DNA of 64,000 bases, from positions 8,535 through 72,534 of the forward strand of contig MNYJ01000137.1 of assembly GCA_001874005.1 (NCBI GenBank). The letters are read 5' to 3'. Every line of letters begins with the position of its first letter. Positions within the stretch are counted from its first letter, which is position 1. The translations under genes and the position numbers were made by a program. The notes under the pieces are model-generated. The model was not told the DNA's origin. It made no database searches and saw only the letters and a list, made by a program, of their open reading frames with translations. The DNA comes from Desulfobacteraceae bacterium CG2_30_51_40 (GTDB lineage Bacteria; Desulfobacterota; DSM-4660; Desulfatiglandales; Desulfatiglandaceae). Positions 8,923 to 17,133 of the stretch are shown here, piece after piece.

Positions 8923-10797
8923 TTGGGTGAGGAAAATCCAAACAATATGGTAGGCATAAGAAAAAAGCTCTCCGGTCTGCTGGCCGAAGAATGCGCGAGA
9001 AGGGGCTTACTTCCCGAGCAAGGTCTTATCTATTGGAGAGAACGAATACTTCTGGCCGTGCTAGGAACGGCAGTGCTCCTCTCTGCCCTTGCAGCGGTGC
9101 CTGCGTTTTTCCTTGCCTTAGAGGAGAAGCTTTGGAAGCTTCTGATCCTCGATTGCTCCGCTTTTTTACTGGGTGTTTCTTTACTCCTGCTCAAGAGGTT
9201 ATCCTACAATATTAGGGCTTCTATAGTCGTGATGGGGTTCTATGGCCTTGGAGTTTCCATCATCTTCAACGCCGGTATCATGAGCGGGGGGCCGGTCTGG
9301 CTTTTTACCTTCGGTGCCATGTCCGGCCTTCTTATCGGACTGAGAGCTGCTCTCATGGCGGTTCTGCTTAATGCCGTAACCCTTGCGGCCCTGGGGAGCC
9401 TTTACTACAGCGGGCATCTCGAAGCGAGTATTCCTTACTATTTGAGCGGAATTCGCGCCGTTACGGCAGGGGCTAACTTTGTCGTCCTCAACCTTATCGT
9501 GGCTTCCGCGGCCGCTGTGATGGTAAGGGGTATAGAATTTGCGGCAGACAAGGAAAGGGATATTTCCCGATCTCTTTCCGAGGAAAAGGATCTTCTCCTT
9601 GAGGTAAGAAAGAGTCTTGAGCAAGAGGTAGCCTCACGAAGCGAGGCGGAGAGTCTCGCTCGGGAATCCGAACTCAAGTATAGACTTATCGCCGACAATA
9701 TCTCGGATATCATCTGGACGATTGATCTGACAACCATGCGGTATGAATACATGAGCCCGTCGGTTTTCAGGGTGAGGGGCTTCTCTCAGAAAGAAGCGAT
9801 GGAAATGAGCATGGAGGAGACCCTTTCTCCTTCTTCTTTTCAGGAGGTAAAGGGTTACCTCGCATCGGAACTTGCAAGAGACGGCTCCCCTGGAGTTGAT
9901 CCTGCCAGATCACTTACAATCGAGGTAGAGCAAACGAGAAAAGACGGTTCTTTTGGGTGGGTCGAGGTCACGGTGACCTTCATGCGGGACGAGAATGGGA
10001 GGCCATCGAAGATCCTCGGGGTAAGCCGTGATATAACTGAGCGCAGGCGCATTGAGGGGGAAAAGAGGGAACTTGAAAGGAGGCTCCATGAGGCAAGGAA
10101 GACGGATGCCATAGCAACACTGGCAGGAGGGGTGGCTCATCAGTTTAACAATGCCCTGAGCGTGGTAAGCCTGAGTATTGAGGCCATTGAGTCTCCATCT
10201 TTAGCTCCTGAAAAGAGGCCACGATACCTGAACAATATCAAATCCATGAAGGACAGGATGGTAGGTCTGACGGCCCAGCTTCTGGGATATGCGAGGGGAG
10301 GCAAGTACCAGCCGAAAAAAATTGCAGCCGGTGAGCTGGTTAGCACCGCGATCGAGCTGACGGGAGATATGGTAAAGGCGCCCGTGACTATGGAAAAAGA
10401 CATCCCTGATGGGTTGCACAACTTAAATGTGGATGTAACCCAGTTACAGATGGTATTGTCCGCTTTAATTGCAAATGCCTCCGAGGCCATAGAAGGGGAA
10501 GGCAAGATAACGGTTCGCTGCAGAAATATAGAGCTGTCGGAGAAAGACTCCATCCTTGATGTGCGTCCTGAGCCCGGCAGATACGTGTGCGTAATGATCC
10601 AGGACGACGGCAGTGGAATGGACACTGAAACCCTGTCCAGGGTCTTCGAGCCCTTCTTCAGTACCAAGTTTCAGGGAAGGGGTCTCGGAATGGCAGCCGT
10701 ATATGGAATTGTAAGAAACCACGGAGGCCATATTGAGGTGGAATCCGCGCCTGACCTGGGAACCACCGTTCGTATTTACCTCAAGTCCGCTGATTGA
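8923..10797 (+). CDS. Membrane-bound PAS sensor histidine kinase (orphan)
   Basis: There are about 6 N-terminal TM helices, a coiled coil, a PAS domain (YRLIADNISDIIWTID...), an H-box region and HATPase G-boxes (DDGSGM, GRGLGMA). The start is TTG 8923 or ATG 8947. Confidence 0.8.
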   Translation: MGEENPNNMVGIRKKLSGLLAEECARRGLLPEQGLIYWRERILLAVLGTAVLLSALAAVPAFFLALEEKLWKLLILDCSAFLLGVSLLLLKRLSYNIRASIVVMGFYGLGVSIIFNAGIMSGGPVWLFTFGAMSGLLIGLRAALMAVLLNAVTLAALGSLYYSGHLEASIPYYLSGIRAVTAGANFVVLNLIVASAAAVMVRGIEFAADKERDISRSLSEEKDLLLEVRKSLEQEVASRSEAESLARESELKYRLIADNISDIIWTIDLTTMRYEYMSPSVFRVRGFSQKEAMEMSMEETLSPSSFQEVKGYLASELARDGSPGVDPARSLTIEVEQTRKDGSFGWVEVTVTFMRDENGRPSKILGVSRDITERRRIEGEKRELERRLHEARKTDAIATLAGGVAHQFNNALSVVSLSIEAIESPSLAPEKRPRYLNNIKSMKDRMVGLTAQLLGYARGGKYQPKKIAAGELVSTAIELTGDMVKAPVTMEKDIPDGLHNLNVDVTQLQMVLSALIANASEAIEGEGKITVRCRNIELSEKDSILDVRPEPGRYVCVMIQDDGSGMDTETLSRVFEPFFSTKFQGRGLGMAAVYGIVRNHGGHIEVESAPDLGTTVRIYLKSAD

Positions 10798-10882
10798 CCT
10801 AATATATTCTTTATTTGATATTAACCTGTCATATTTATCTTATTTATTATCCATCGCTATTCCTTTCTCTCTCATCATTTCG

Positions 10883-10919
10883 TTCGACAATCCTGTCGAG
10901 GTTTTCCCTGATTGTCGAA
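10883..10919 (+). promoter_or_regulatory. Perfect 10-bp inverted repeat TTCGACAATC-N17-GATTGTCGAA (candidate enhancer/UAS)
   Basis: The arms at 10883-10892 and 10910-10919 are exact reverse complements. They lie about 60-90 bp upstream of the -24/-12-like element. Confidence 0.4.
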
Positions 10920-10971
10920 TCCTATGATCCAGCCATGCAGATAACATGCTGATATTGAGCAATATATTGTT

Positions 10972-10986
10972 TGGCACAATCCTTGA
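10972..10986 (+). promoter_or_regulatory. Sigma-54-like -24/-12 element TGGCAC-N5-TTGA (imperfect -12)
   Basis: TGGCACaatccTTGA has correct spacing and a perfect -24 box. The -12 box reads TTGA rather than TTGC. It lies about 130 nt upstream of the 11118 ORF, and a sigma-54 activator is encoded 4 kb downstream. Confidence 0.35.
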
Positions 10987-11117
10987 ATAATTCCATCCCA
11001 AACGATGCTTGAGCTTTTGTGAGCGAAAGGCATCGACTCATTAGACAAGAGCAATTTTGATTTAGGCATCACTTTTACGGAAGAGGTTTCATTAATGAGA
11101 AAGGAGGTGAGAAGGAT

Positions 11118-11399
11118 TTGAAGAAAAGATGGGTTTCCCTTGGCTCGGCATGCCTATTGGCCCTTGCCCTATATTCATTTGGCAGTGATGAGGCCCTTGC
11201 CGGCCGGAACGGATCATCGGTCGGCAATATGTGGCAACGAGGAGAAAACCGCGGTCAAGCAACCGGAGACATGGCGCAGGTTCGCAGCAGGATGAGGCAG
11301 CAGAACCTGGGAACTCAAACAACCAGCAATGGGCAGGGAGGCGCCTCTGGGGTTTGCGATGGCACCGGCCGAGGGAACGGAAATGGACGAAGCAGATAA
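11118..11399 (+). CDS. Small secreted Gly/Asn/Gln/Arg-rich protein (P1), unknown function
   Basis: RBS AAGGAGG at 11101-11107 precedes a TTG start. The signal peptide is MKKRWVSLGSACLLALALYSFGSDEALA. The disordered mature part ends GGASGVCDGTGRGNGNGRSR. Confidence 0.5.
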   Translation: MKKRWVSLGSACLLALALYSFGSDEALAGRNGSSVGNMWQRGENRGQATGDMAQVRSRMRQQNLGTQTTSNGQGGASGVCDGTGRGNGNGRSR

Positions 11400-11485
11400 A
11401 TAATAAATTATGAATGATGAGTGGTGAATGATGAACAAGGTGAAAAAGGTAATTGAAAGAGGAAATTGCAAAAACATTACCACTA

Positions 11486-11590
11486 GTCATCCCGGCGGAG
11501 CCTGTCCCGGGCCCCGATCCGGGAGCCGGAATCCATAAGAATTGCTTCAAGGATAGACTGGATTCTCCGATCAAGTCGGGGAATGACGAA
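11486..11590. repeat. Family A palindromic repeat (..ccggcg..gccgg-aatcc..ctggattc..ggaatgacg type)
   Basis: It shares the catcccggcggagcc...gagccggaatcc...ctggattctccgatcaagtcggggaatgacg core with the copies at 21432-21570, 43424-43503, 52258-52340 and 56876-56945. Confidence 0.4.
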
Positions 11591-11661
11591 ACTGTGAATT
11601 TTGCAATTGCCTCGGAAGTAAAATAATCAACAGGCATTGGAAGGAAAAGGAGGAATTGATA

Positions 11662-12147
11662 ATGAAAAATAGAATGGGTGCTGTCTTTGCAGTATTGGCT
11701 CTTATATTGCTTAGCCCTATGTGGGCACTTGCGGGAAACGGCAAGGGTGTTATGGATGGAACCGGGCCGGCGCCGAAACATGATCTGTTGCAGGGGATTC
11801 CTTTTGAATATACCGGCACAGTTGTGGAGTGTAATGACGGTCAGGGCCTTGTTCTTTATGTCGGCGATGAAGGCGGAGAGGAATTCAGCGTCGTTATCAG
11901 CGGCATAGGCCCGCAGCGTTACTGGGACCTGATGGGAGTGTCTCGACCTGACGTAACTGACGTCATCACAGTCGAAGGTTATAAGATCACGGTCGGCGAG
12001 CTTGCATTTAACGTCGCATTTAAGATAACTTTTATAAACGAGGAAGATGAGCCCGGGGCCAGCATCCAGCTCCGCGATCCGGATACGGGCCTTCCCCTCT
12101 GGAGAAAGGCAAAGCTCAAGATGAACAAGAAAGGCTGCGAGGAATAG
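11662..12147 (+). CDS. Secreted protein (P2) with N-terminal GNGKGVMDGTGP segment and beta-rich domain, unknown function
   Basis: ATG at 11662 lies 8 nt after RBS AAGGAGG. The signal peptide is MKNRMGAVFAVLALILLSPMWALA. The antisense 363-aa ORF 11092..12183 is rejected. Confidence 0.65.
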   Translation: MKNRMGAVFAVLALILLSPMWALAGNGKGVMDGTGPAPKHDLLQGIPFEYTGTVVECNDGQGLVLYVGDEGGEEFSVVISGIGPQRYWDLMGVSRPDVTDVITVEGYKITVGELAFNVAFKITFINEEDEPGASIQLRDPDTGLPLWRKAKLKMNKKGCEE

Positions 12148-12151
12148 GTAA

Positions 12152-13195
12152 TTGAGAAGGGGTGCCTTACCAGCGTGGTTCACTAAGCGGTTGTGGTTCC
12201 CCTTCTTTTTTTCCCTGATACTCCTCTTCCGTGTCTACAGCCTACATGCGGCTGAACTCACGCTAACCTCCTCCGCCGGATATGACAGCAATCCGGCGCG
12301 TTACGAAGATGAGGAAGGCTCTTTCTTTGCGGCTTACGGGGTTTCTGCCTCCCATAGACTCATCTCCACCAATCGCGCTAATCTTGGAATAGCCGCAAGC
12401 GCATCATATCGTGATCATTTTTCCCTGGGGGACAATTATAGACTGGAGGCGGGACCCGAGTTGTCATTCCCCCTGTTCCATGGAGCCTTGATCCCTGCCG
12501 TTTCAGTGGGAGCCGTTATCTACCGTGATTATCTGGTGGATGAAGATGAAAGAAACGAGGTTTTTGCCGATCTGGGCCTTGCCTGGTTTGCGAGCCGGAG
12601 TGCTGTTATTACACTCCGCACAGGCGTAAGGAGGCTTGATTATCTCAATGAAGCCTCTAGTTACGGGGGAAGGGCGGACGGCGGCAGCCATATTGGAAGA
12701 GGCGGTATGGGCCGCGCTTCTTTTCGGAATGGGAAAGGCCCCGGCGGCGGGCAGGGGCAAGGGACGCCAGGCGGAAGTACTGGAAACACCGACGGACAAC
12801 CGGTTGTTTATCCCGGCCGCGAAGACAATCTAATTACCCTTGGGGCCGATCTGGATCTTGCGTTATCTCCCTCATTATCGCTGGGCATATACGGATCGTA
12901 TTCAAGGCTTGATTCCTCCAGATCCGAAGAGACGAGAGACATCGCGGAATTAGGCGCATCGCTTGAGAAGAGGTGGGAGGATCTATGGGCCGCTGATTTC
13001 AACGCCTCGGTCAGATCCTCCTGGTTTCACGAATCGCGCAGGGACAAAGGCGCTTTTATTTCCCTTCGTCTTTCGAGGTTTTTCGGAAGATGGCGGCTTT
13101 TTGCGGGAGCGGACCTCAGCCGGAATGATTCAACGGCAGGGGGGGAATCATATACTCAGGTAATGACTGAATGCGGCGTATCCTGTTCATATTAA
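12152..13195 (+). CDS. Putative outer-membrane beta-barrel protein (P3) with Gly-rich loop insertion
   Basis: There is a signal-like N-terminus ending SLHA/AE, and AGYDSNP near the mature N-terminus. Amphipathic strands alternate (LITLGADLDLAL, LSLGIYGSYSRL, AFISLRLSRFF). The terminal residue is aromatic (..SCSY). The start is 4 nt after the P2 stop. Confidence 0.55.
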   Translation: MRRGALPAWFTKRLWFPFFFSLILLFRVYSLHAAELTLTSSAGYDSNPARYEDEEGSFFAAYGVSASHRLISTNRANLGIAASASYRDHFSLGDNYRLEAGPELSFPLFHGALIPAVSVGAVIYRDYLVDEDERNEVFADLGLAWFASRSAVITLRTGVRRLDYLNEASSYGGRADGGSHIGRGGMGRASFRNGKGPGGGQGQGTPGGSTGNTDGQPVVYPGREDNLITLGADLDLALSPSLSLGIYGSYSRLDSSRSEETRDIAELGASLEKRWEDLWAADFNASVRSSWFHESRRDKGAFISLRLSRFFGRWRLFAGADLSRNDSTAGGESYTQVMTECGVSCSY

Positions 13196-13554
13196 ACCTC
13201 ATTTTCCTTATCGCGGCGGCAAATGCAATTGCCGAGGACGCCCTTGTGGGGCGAGTGGTCTCCATCGGACCCGAAAAGGGAACCATTACGGTGATCCCGG
13301 TAGGAGAGGAAGAAGAGATTCTGGTGGGCTTCAAGGATGGGAAAGTACCCTTCGGGATTTCCGTGGGCGATATGGTGCGCGTCTGGGGAGACAGGGATTT
13401 ACTGACCAGGCTCTTCCAGGCAGGCTCCGTCCGGGCTGTTTCCGGAGGAGGCGCGGGTTCAGATCCTACGGGTGTAAGGCGCAGACTGGGCGGATCGGGC
13501 GGCATGGGTCACGGCGGAGGCTTTGGCGGCAGAGGAGGGAGAGGTGGCAGGTAA
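13171..13554 (+). CDS. Small secreted protein (P4) with Gly/Arg-rich C-terminal tail, unknown function
   Basis: The ATG at 13171 overlaps the P3 end by 25 nt. The signal peptide is MRRILFILNLIFLIAAANAIA. The C-terminus is SGGGAGSDPTGVRRRLGGSGGMGHGGGFGGRGGRGGR. Confidence 0.6.
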   Translation: MRRILFILNLIFLIAAANAIAEDALVGRVVSIGPEKGTITVIPVGEEEEILVGFKDGKVPFGISVGDMVRVWGDRDLLTRLFQAGSVRAVSGGGAGSDPTGVRRRLGGSGGMGHGGGFGGRGGRGGR

Positions 13555-15133
13555 AAAGCCATTCCCCCTGTGGGTTGCCAACCTTTTGGCCTTCGGGGTT
13601 TTCTTTGCGGCATCAGCCGGGTATCATCTCTGGCAGATGCGGCAGGCAAAAGAGGCGATGGAAGCCCATGCGTTGGCCCATGCGTCCATGGTTGCAGGCG
13701 TCATACAGAGAAATGCCGAGGCGGCCGTCATGACCAGAGAGGCGACGGAAGACATCCTCAAGGGACTTCTCGGCAATACAGCGCGTTTTGTGTCATACCT
13801 GGATCAGGTGGAGCCATTTTCGAGCGATGAACTTGCCGCCTTCTCCAGGGAGGCGGGACTCAGGGGCATAAGCATCAATAGGAAATCAGGTGCTTCGGTT
13901 GACGGTCCCGCAGGATGGCTCCAGGGCAGGAGCGATGAATGCAAGGATAAGCCGGCCCTGCAACACATACAGGGGGAGCACCTCTATCGCCTACTATGGC
14001 CTGCGGAAGAAAGCGAGGCATGTGTGGCGATAGGATCAGAGGCCCTTCGTCTTGAGGAACTGCAGGAACAGATGGGACTTGCCAAAATGGCCAAGGTCCT
14101 CTCTACGATGCCCGGCATAGCCTATGTAAAGCTCGGCAAGCAAGATCAGGATGGCTCCGAATGGGGAAAACTGAAGCTCTTGGAGGATGAGGAGTCTGGA
14201 AAAGACGTGGTCGAAGTCATTCTTCCCGTAGCTTCATCCTCTCTTTCAGTGGGGGTGGATGCGGATTATCTGACACTTTTCAAGATAAGGTTATGGAGGG
14301 GGTTTTTCATTTTCAGCACGGCCCTGGCCCTGTTCGGAGCGATTCTTTCCTTCCTGCTTTACAGGGGGCAGAAAAGAGAGCTTGCCGGGGTAAGGAGCTT
14401 TGAAAGGGAGCTATCCAGATCGAGAGAGGAGGCATCCCTCGGGAGGGCCGCTGCCGCAATAAGCCATGAGATAAAGAATTCACTCAACGCTGTTAATATG
14501 GGCCTTCAGAGGCTCCAGGTGGAGTCTCCACTTCTTTCATCTGAAAACAGACGGCTCATGGAGCTTATGTCAAGCGCGGTGTGCAGGGCCAATGCAACCG
14601 TAACCGGACTTTTACGCTATGCGAGACCGCCCAGACCTCGAATCGAGGAAGTATCGTTGGAGGCGCTCGTGAAAAACTGTCTTGAACTATACCGAGACCG
14701 AGCAGTACTCGCTGGAATAAGATTTGTGCTTGAGCCTTGGCTGAAAGAACCGGTCGCAGGGGACCCATCCCTCCTGGGACAGGTAGTTGATAATTTAGTA
14801 AAAAACGCAATTGAGGCCCAGCCGGAAGGAGGATTCATGGCAGTATCGAGCGGACGGGATGGGGAGGAGGGGTTTCTAAACGTAAGGAACTCCGGATTTG
14901 CGCTTTCACCGGATGACCTTGACGGCATCTTTGAACCCTACTTTACCACAAAGGCAGACGGCACAGGCTTGGGGCTATCCATTGCGAGCCGTATCATCAA
15001 GGCCCACAGCGGAAGGATGACCGCGCGTATCCTTGAAAAGGATCAACTGAATATAACCTTCTATCTCCCTCTTTGGAAGGGCCAATGGGTTCGTTCATCA
15101 AACGCCTCCGAAGGCCCGTTGGCGGCCGCATGA
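13544..15133 (+). CDS. Sensor histidine kinase with ~230-aa extracytoplasmic domain
   Basis: Two TM segments are present. The H-box is AAAISHEIKNSLNAV, the N-box LVKNAIEA, and the G-boxes VRNSG and GTGLGLSIA. The start is GTG 13544 (RBS GGAGGGAGAG) or TTG 13523, and it overlaps the P4 stop. Confidence 0.8.
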   Translation: MAGKKPFPLWVANLLAFGVFFAASAGYHLWQMRQAKEAMEAHALAHASMVAGVIQRNAEAAVMTREATEDILKGLLGNTARFVSYLDQVEPFSSDELAAFSREAGLRGISINRKSGASVDGPAGWLQGRSDECKDKPALQHIQGEHLYRLLWPAEESEACVAIGSEALRLEELQEQMGLAKMAKVLSTMPGIAYVKLGKQDQDGSEWGKLKLLEDEESGKDVVEVILPVASSSLSVGVDADYLTLFKIRLWRGFFIFSTALALFGAILSFLLYRGQKRELAGVRSFERELSRSREEASLGRAAAAISHEIKNSLNAVNMGLQRLQVESPLLSSENRRLMELMSSAVCRANATVTGLLRYARPPRPRIEEVSLEALVKNCLELYRDRAVLAGIRFVLEPWLKEPVAGDPSLLGQVVDNLVKNAIEAQPEGGFMAVSSGRDGEEGFLNVRNSGFALSPDDLDGIFEPYFTTKADGTGLGLSIASRIIKAHSGRMTARILEKDQLNITFYLPLWKGQWVRSSNASEGPLAAA

Positions 15134-16464
15134 CTGTCCTTGTGGTGGACGATGATCCCGTCCAAGTGGAACTTCTGACAGGATTCCTTAAAAAACAGGG
15201 TGTTAAGGTATTTTCTGCCCCAAATGGCGATGAGGGCCTTAAGATATTTCTCAGAGAGCCCGTGCGCGTGGTGCTCCTGGATCAGCGAATGCCCGGCCCC
15301 AGCGGGGATAAGGTGCTTAAGGCCATGAAGGAGGCCAATCCGATGGCCAGGATCATCATGGTTACAGCCTACGCCGATGTGCACACTGCTGTGGGGGCCA
15401 TGAAAGACGGCGCCGATGAGTTTCTGGAAAAGCCCCTGGATCTCAAACTTCTCCTTGAAAAGATAAACGCACTGGATAGCGACATGGGTGTTGATGAGGA
15501 CCTGCTTGTTGTCGAGGATGAGCTTGAGCGCAGGCCGCTGCCCCTCAAGGTGATTGCCCGAAGTCCAGCCATGCAAAAGGTGCTCTCGGCTGTTCGAAGA
15601 GTCTCTGACACGGACTGGCCCGTCCTGATAGAGGGTGAGACTGGGACAGGCAAGGAAGTCATGGCAAGGCTCATACATCACTTGAGTTCAAGACGGGATC
15701 ATCCTTTTGTTGATCTCAACTGCGCTGCTATACCGGAAAACCTTTTTGAAAGCGAACTGTTCGGCCATGAAAAAGGTTCATTTACCGGAGCCGTGAGCGA
15801 TAGAAAGGGCCGGTTTGAGCTTGCCGACGGCGGTAGCCTCTTCCTGGACGAGATAGGCGAGATGCCCCTTCTTCTCCAGCCGAAACTCCTAAGGGTGATT
15901 CAGGAGGGAAAGATATCTCGGGTCGGGAGCGAAAAGAGCCTGCCGGTAAACGTGAGGCTTATCTCGGCTACCAACAAGGATCTTAAGCAGTCGGCGGATG
16001 AGGGCCGGTTCAGGCAGGATCTATTTTATAGGGTAAAGGTGCTTGAAATCAAAACGCCTTCCCTGCGGGAAAGAAAGGAGGATATCCCCGACCTTGTAGC
16101 CTTCTTTGTAGAGAAGTACGGGAAGGGGCCCGTTCGGATGACCCCAGAGGCGATGGATATGCTTGTCAAGTATCCGTTTCCGGGAAATGTCCGGGAGCTT
16201 GAGCACGTGATCCAGCGCACTGTTACCATGGTGAGAAGCAGCCTCATAAGGCCCTCGGATCTGCCCGAAGAGATCCGTCACCATAGCCTTACTACCCAGG
16301 GAAGCCTCACGGAACGTCTGGAGAATCTGGAGAAGGCGCTAATAAGGGCCTCCCTGACCGAGAGTAACTGGGTACAGACCAGGGCTGCAGAGCGCCTGGG
16401 GATAAGTGAGAGGGTCCTGCGCTACAAGATGCAGAAGCACAACCTTTCTAAGGAAGTCTCTTAA
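15130..16464 (+). CDS. Sigma-54-dependent response regulator (NtrC/ZraR family: REC + AAA+ + Fis-type HTH)
   Basis: The ATG at 15130 overlaps the kinase stop (ATGA). Motifs are VLVVDDD, Walker A GETGTGKE, ESELFGHEKGSFTGA (GAFTGA variant) and a C-terminal HTH AAERLGISERVLRYKM. Confidence 0.9.
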   Translation: MTVLVVDDDPVQVELLTGFLKKQGVKVFSAPNGDEGLKIFLREPVRVVLLDQRMPGPSGDKVLKAMKEANPMARIIMVTAYADVHTAVGAMKDGADEFLEKPLDLKLLLEKINALDSDMGVDEDLLVVEDELERRPLPLKVIARSPAMQKVLSAVRRVSDTDWPVLIEGETGTGKEVMARLIHHLSSRRDHPFVDLNCAAIPENLFESELFGHEKGSFTGAVSDRKGRFELADGGSLFLDEIGEMPLLLQPKLLRVIQEGKISRVGSEKSLPVNVRLISATNKDLKQSADEGRFRQDLFYRVKVLEIKTPSLRERKEDIPDLVAFFVEKYGKGPVRMTPEAMDMLVKYPFPGNVRELEHVIQRTVTMVRSSLIRPSDLPEEIRHHSLTTQGSLTERLENLEKALIRASLTESNWVQTRAAERLGISERVLRYKMQKHNLSKEVS

Positions 16465-16547
16465 GGCGCGGGCCATTTAGGGATCATTTCCTCAGATGAA
16501 TATGCCGGGTCTATGTTTCTAAGGTAACTCGCCATGAACCCTGATAG

Positions 16548-16576
16548 TTGACAAAAAAATCCCACCATACTAAGTT
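16548..16576 (+). promoter_or_regulatory. Sigma-70-like promoter TTGACA-N17-TAAGTT upstream of the cytochrome gene
   Basis: TTGACA lies at 16548-16553 and TAAGTT at 16571-16576, about 55 nt upstream of ATG 16632. Confidence 0.35.
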
Positions 16577-16631
16577 CGCCTTCGACAAGATCGCATGGTT
16601 GTCCTGCCTTCTCATCGGGAGATCTGATAAG

Positions 16632-17102
16632 ATGCTCAAATCAATCGCTATTCTAATTTGTTTCGGGATAATGTGGGTGTCCTGCTTTGCCGCAGGCGGT
16701 GAAGCTCAAGAGCGGAATGTCCTATACGTCGGATCAGAGGCATGCAAGGAATGTCATGATGCCCAGTTTAAGAGTTTCATGGCCAATTCAAAGAAGGCGG
16801 GTTCCTTTGCCAACATCCTCAGGATGCAAAAGAAGCTCTCCGATTCAGAGTTCAGGGATTGCTTCAAGTGTCACACAACAGGATATGGGGAGCCTGGAGG
16901 GTTCAGGTCCGCTGAGAAAACCCCCCATCTCAAGAATCCCGGGTGCGAGGTATGCCATGGAGCAGGCAGCATCCACGCGGAGAGCGGAGACCCTTCGGAC
17001 TTGAAAGTCAAGGTATCCCTGAAGGTCTGCAACCGCTGTCACAACTCCGAAAGGGTGGCCGCATTCGGCTTCAAGCCGATCCTCTATTCAGGCGGCCATT
17101 GA
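16632..17102 (+). CDS. Periplasmic tetraheme c-type cytochrome (cytochrome c554-like multiheme family)
   Basis: The start is at internal ATG 16632, which gives the signal peptide [22 protein letters not shown]. There are four CxxCH motifs: CKECH, CFKCH, CEVCH, CNRCH. Confidence 0.8.
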   Translation: MLKSIAILICFGIMWVSCFAAGGEAQERNVLYVGSEACKECHDAQFKSFMANSKKAGSFANILRMQKKLSDSEFRDCFKCHTTGYGEPGGFRSAEKTPHLKNPGCEVCHGAGSIHAESGDPSDLKVKVSLKVCNRCHNSERVAAFGFKPILYSGGH

Positions 17103-17133
17103 TTCATCATTGGTAAATGAAAGGCTGATCCCT

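Noticed and set aside
11092-12183. 363-aa minus-strand ORF, the longest ORF in the 11-12 kb region
   Set aside because: It lies antisense to two plus-strand genes that have strong RBSs and clear signal peptides. Its product is low complexity with no motifs, and it runs through a family A repeat. I treat it as a shadow ORF.
15061-15681. 206-aa minus-strand ORF across the kinase/regulator junction
   Set aside because: It is antisense to the REC domain and to the HATPase end. It has no motifs.
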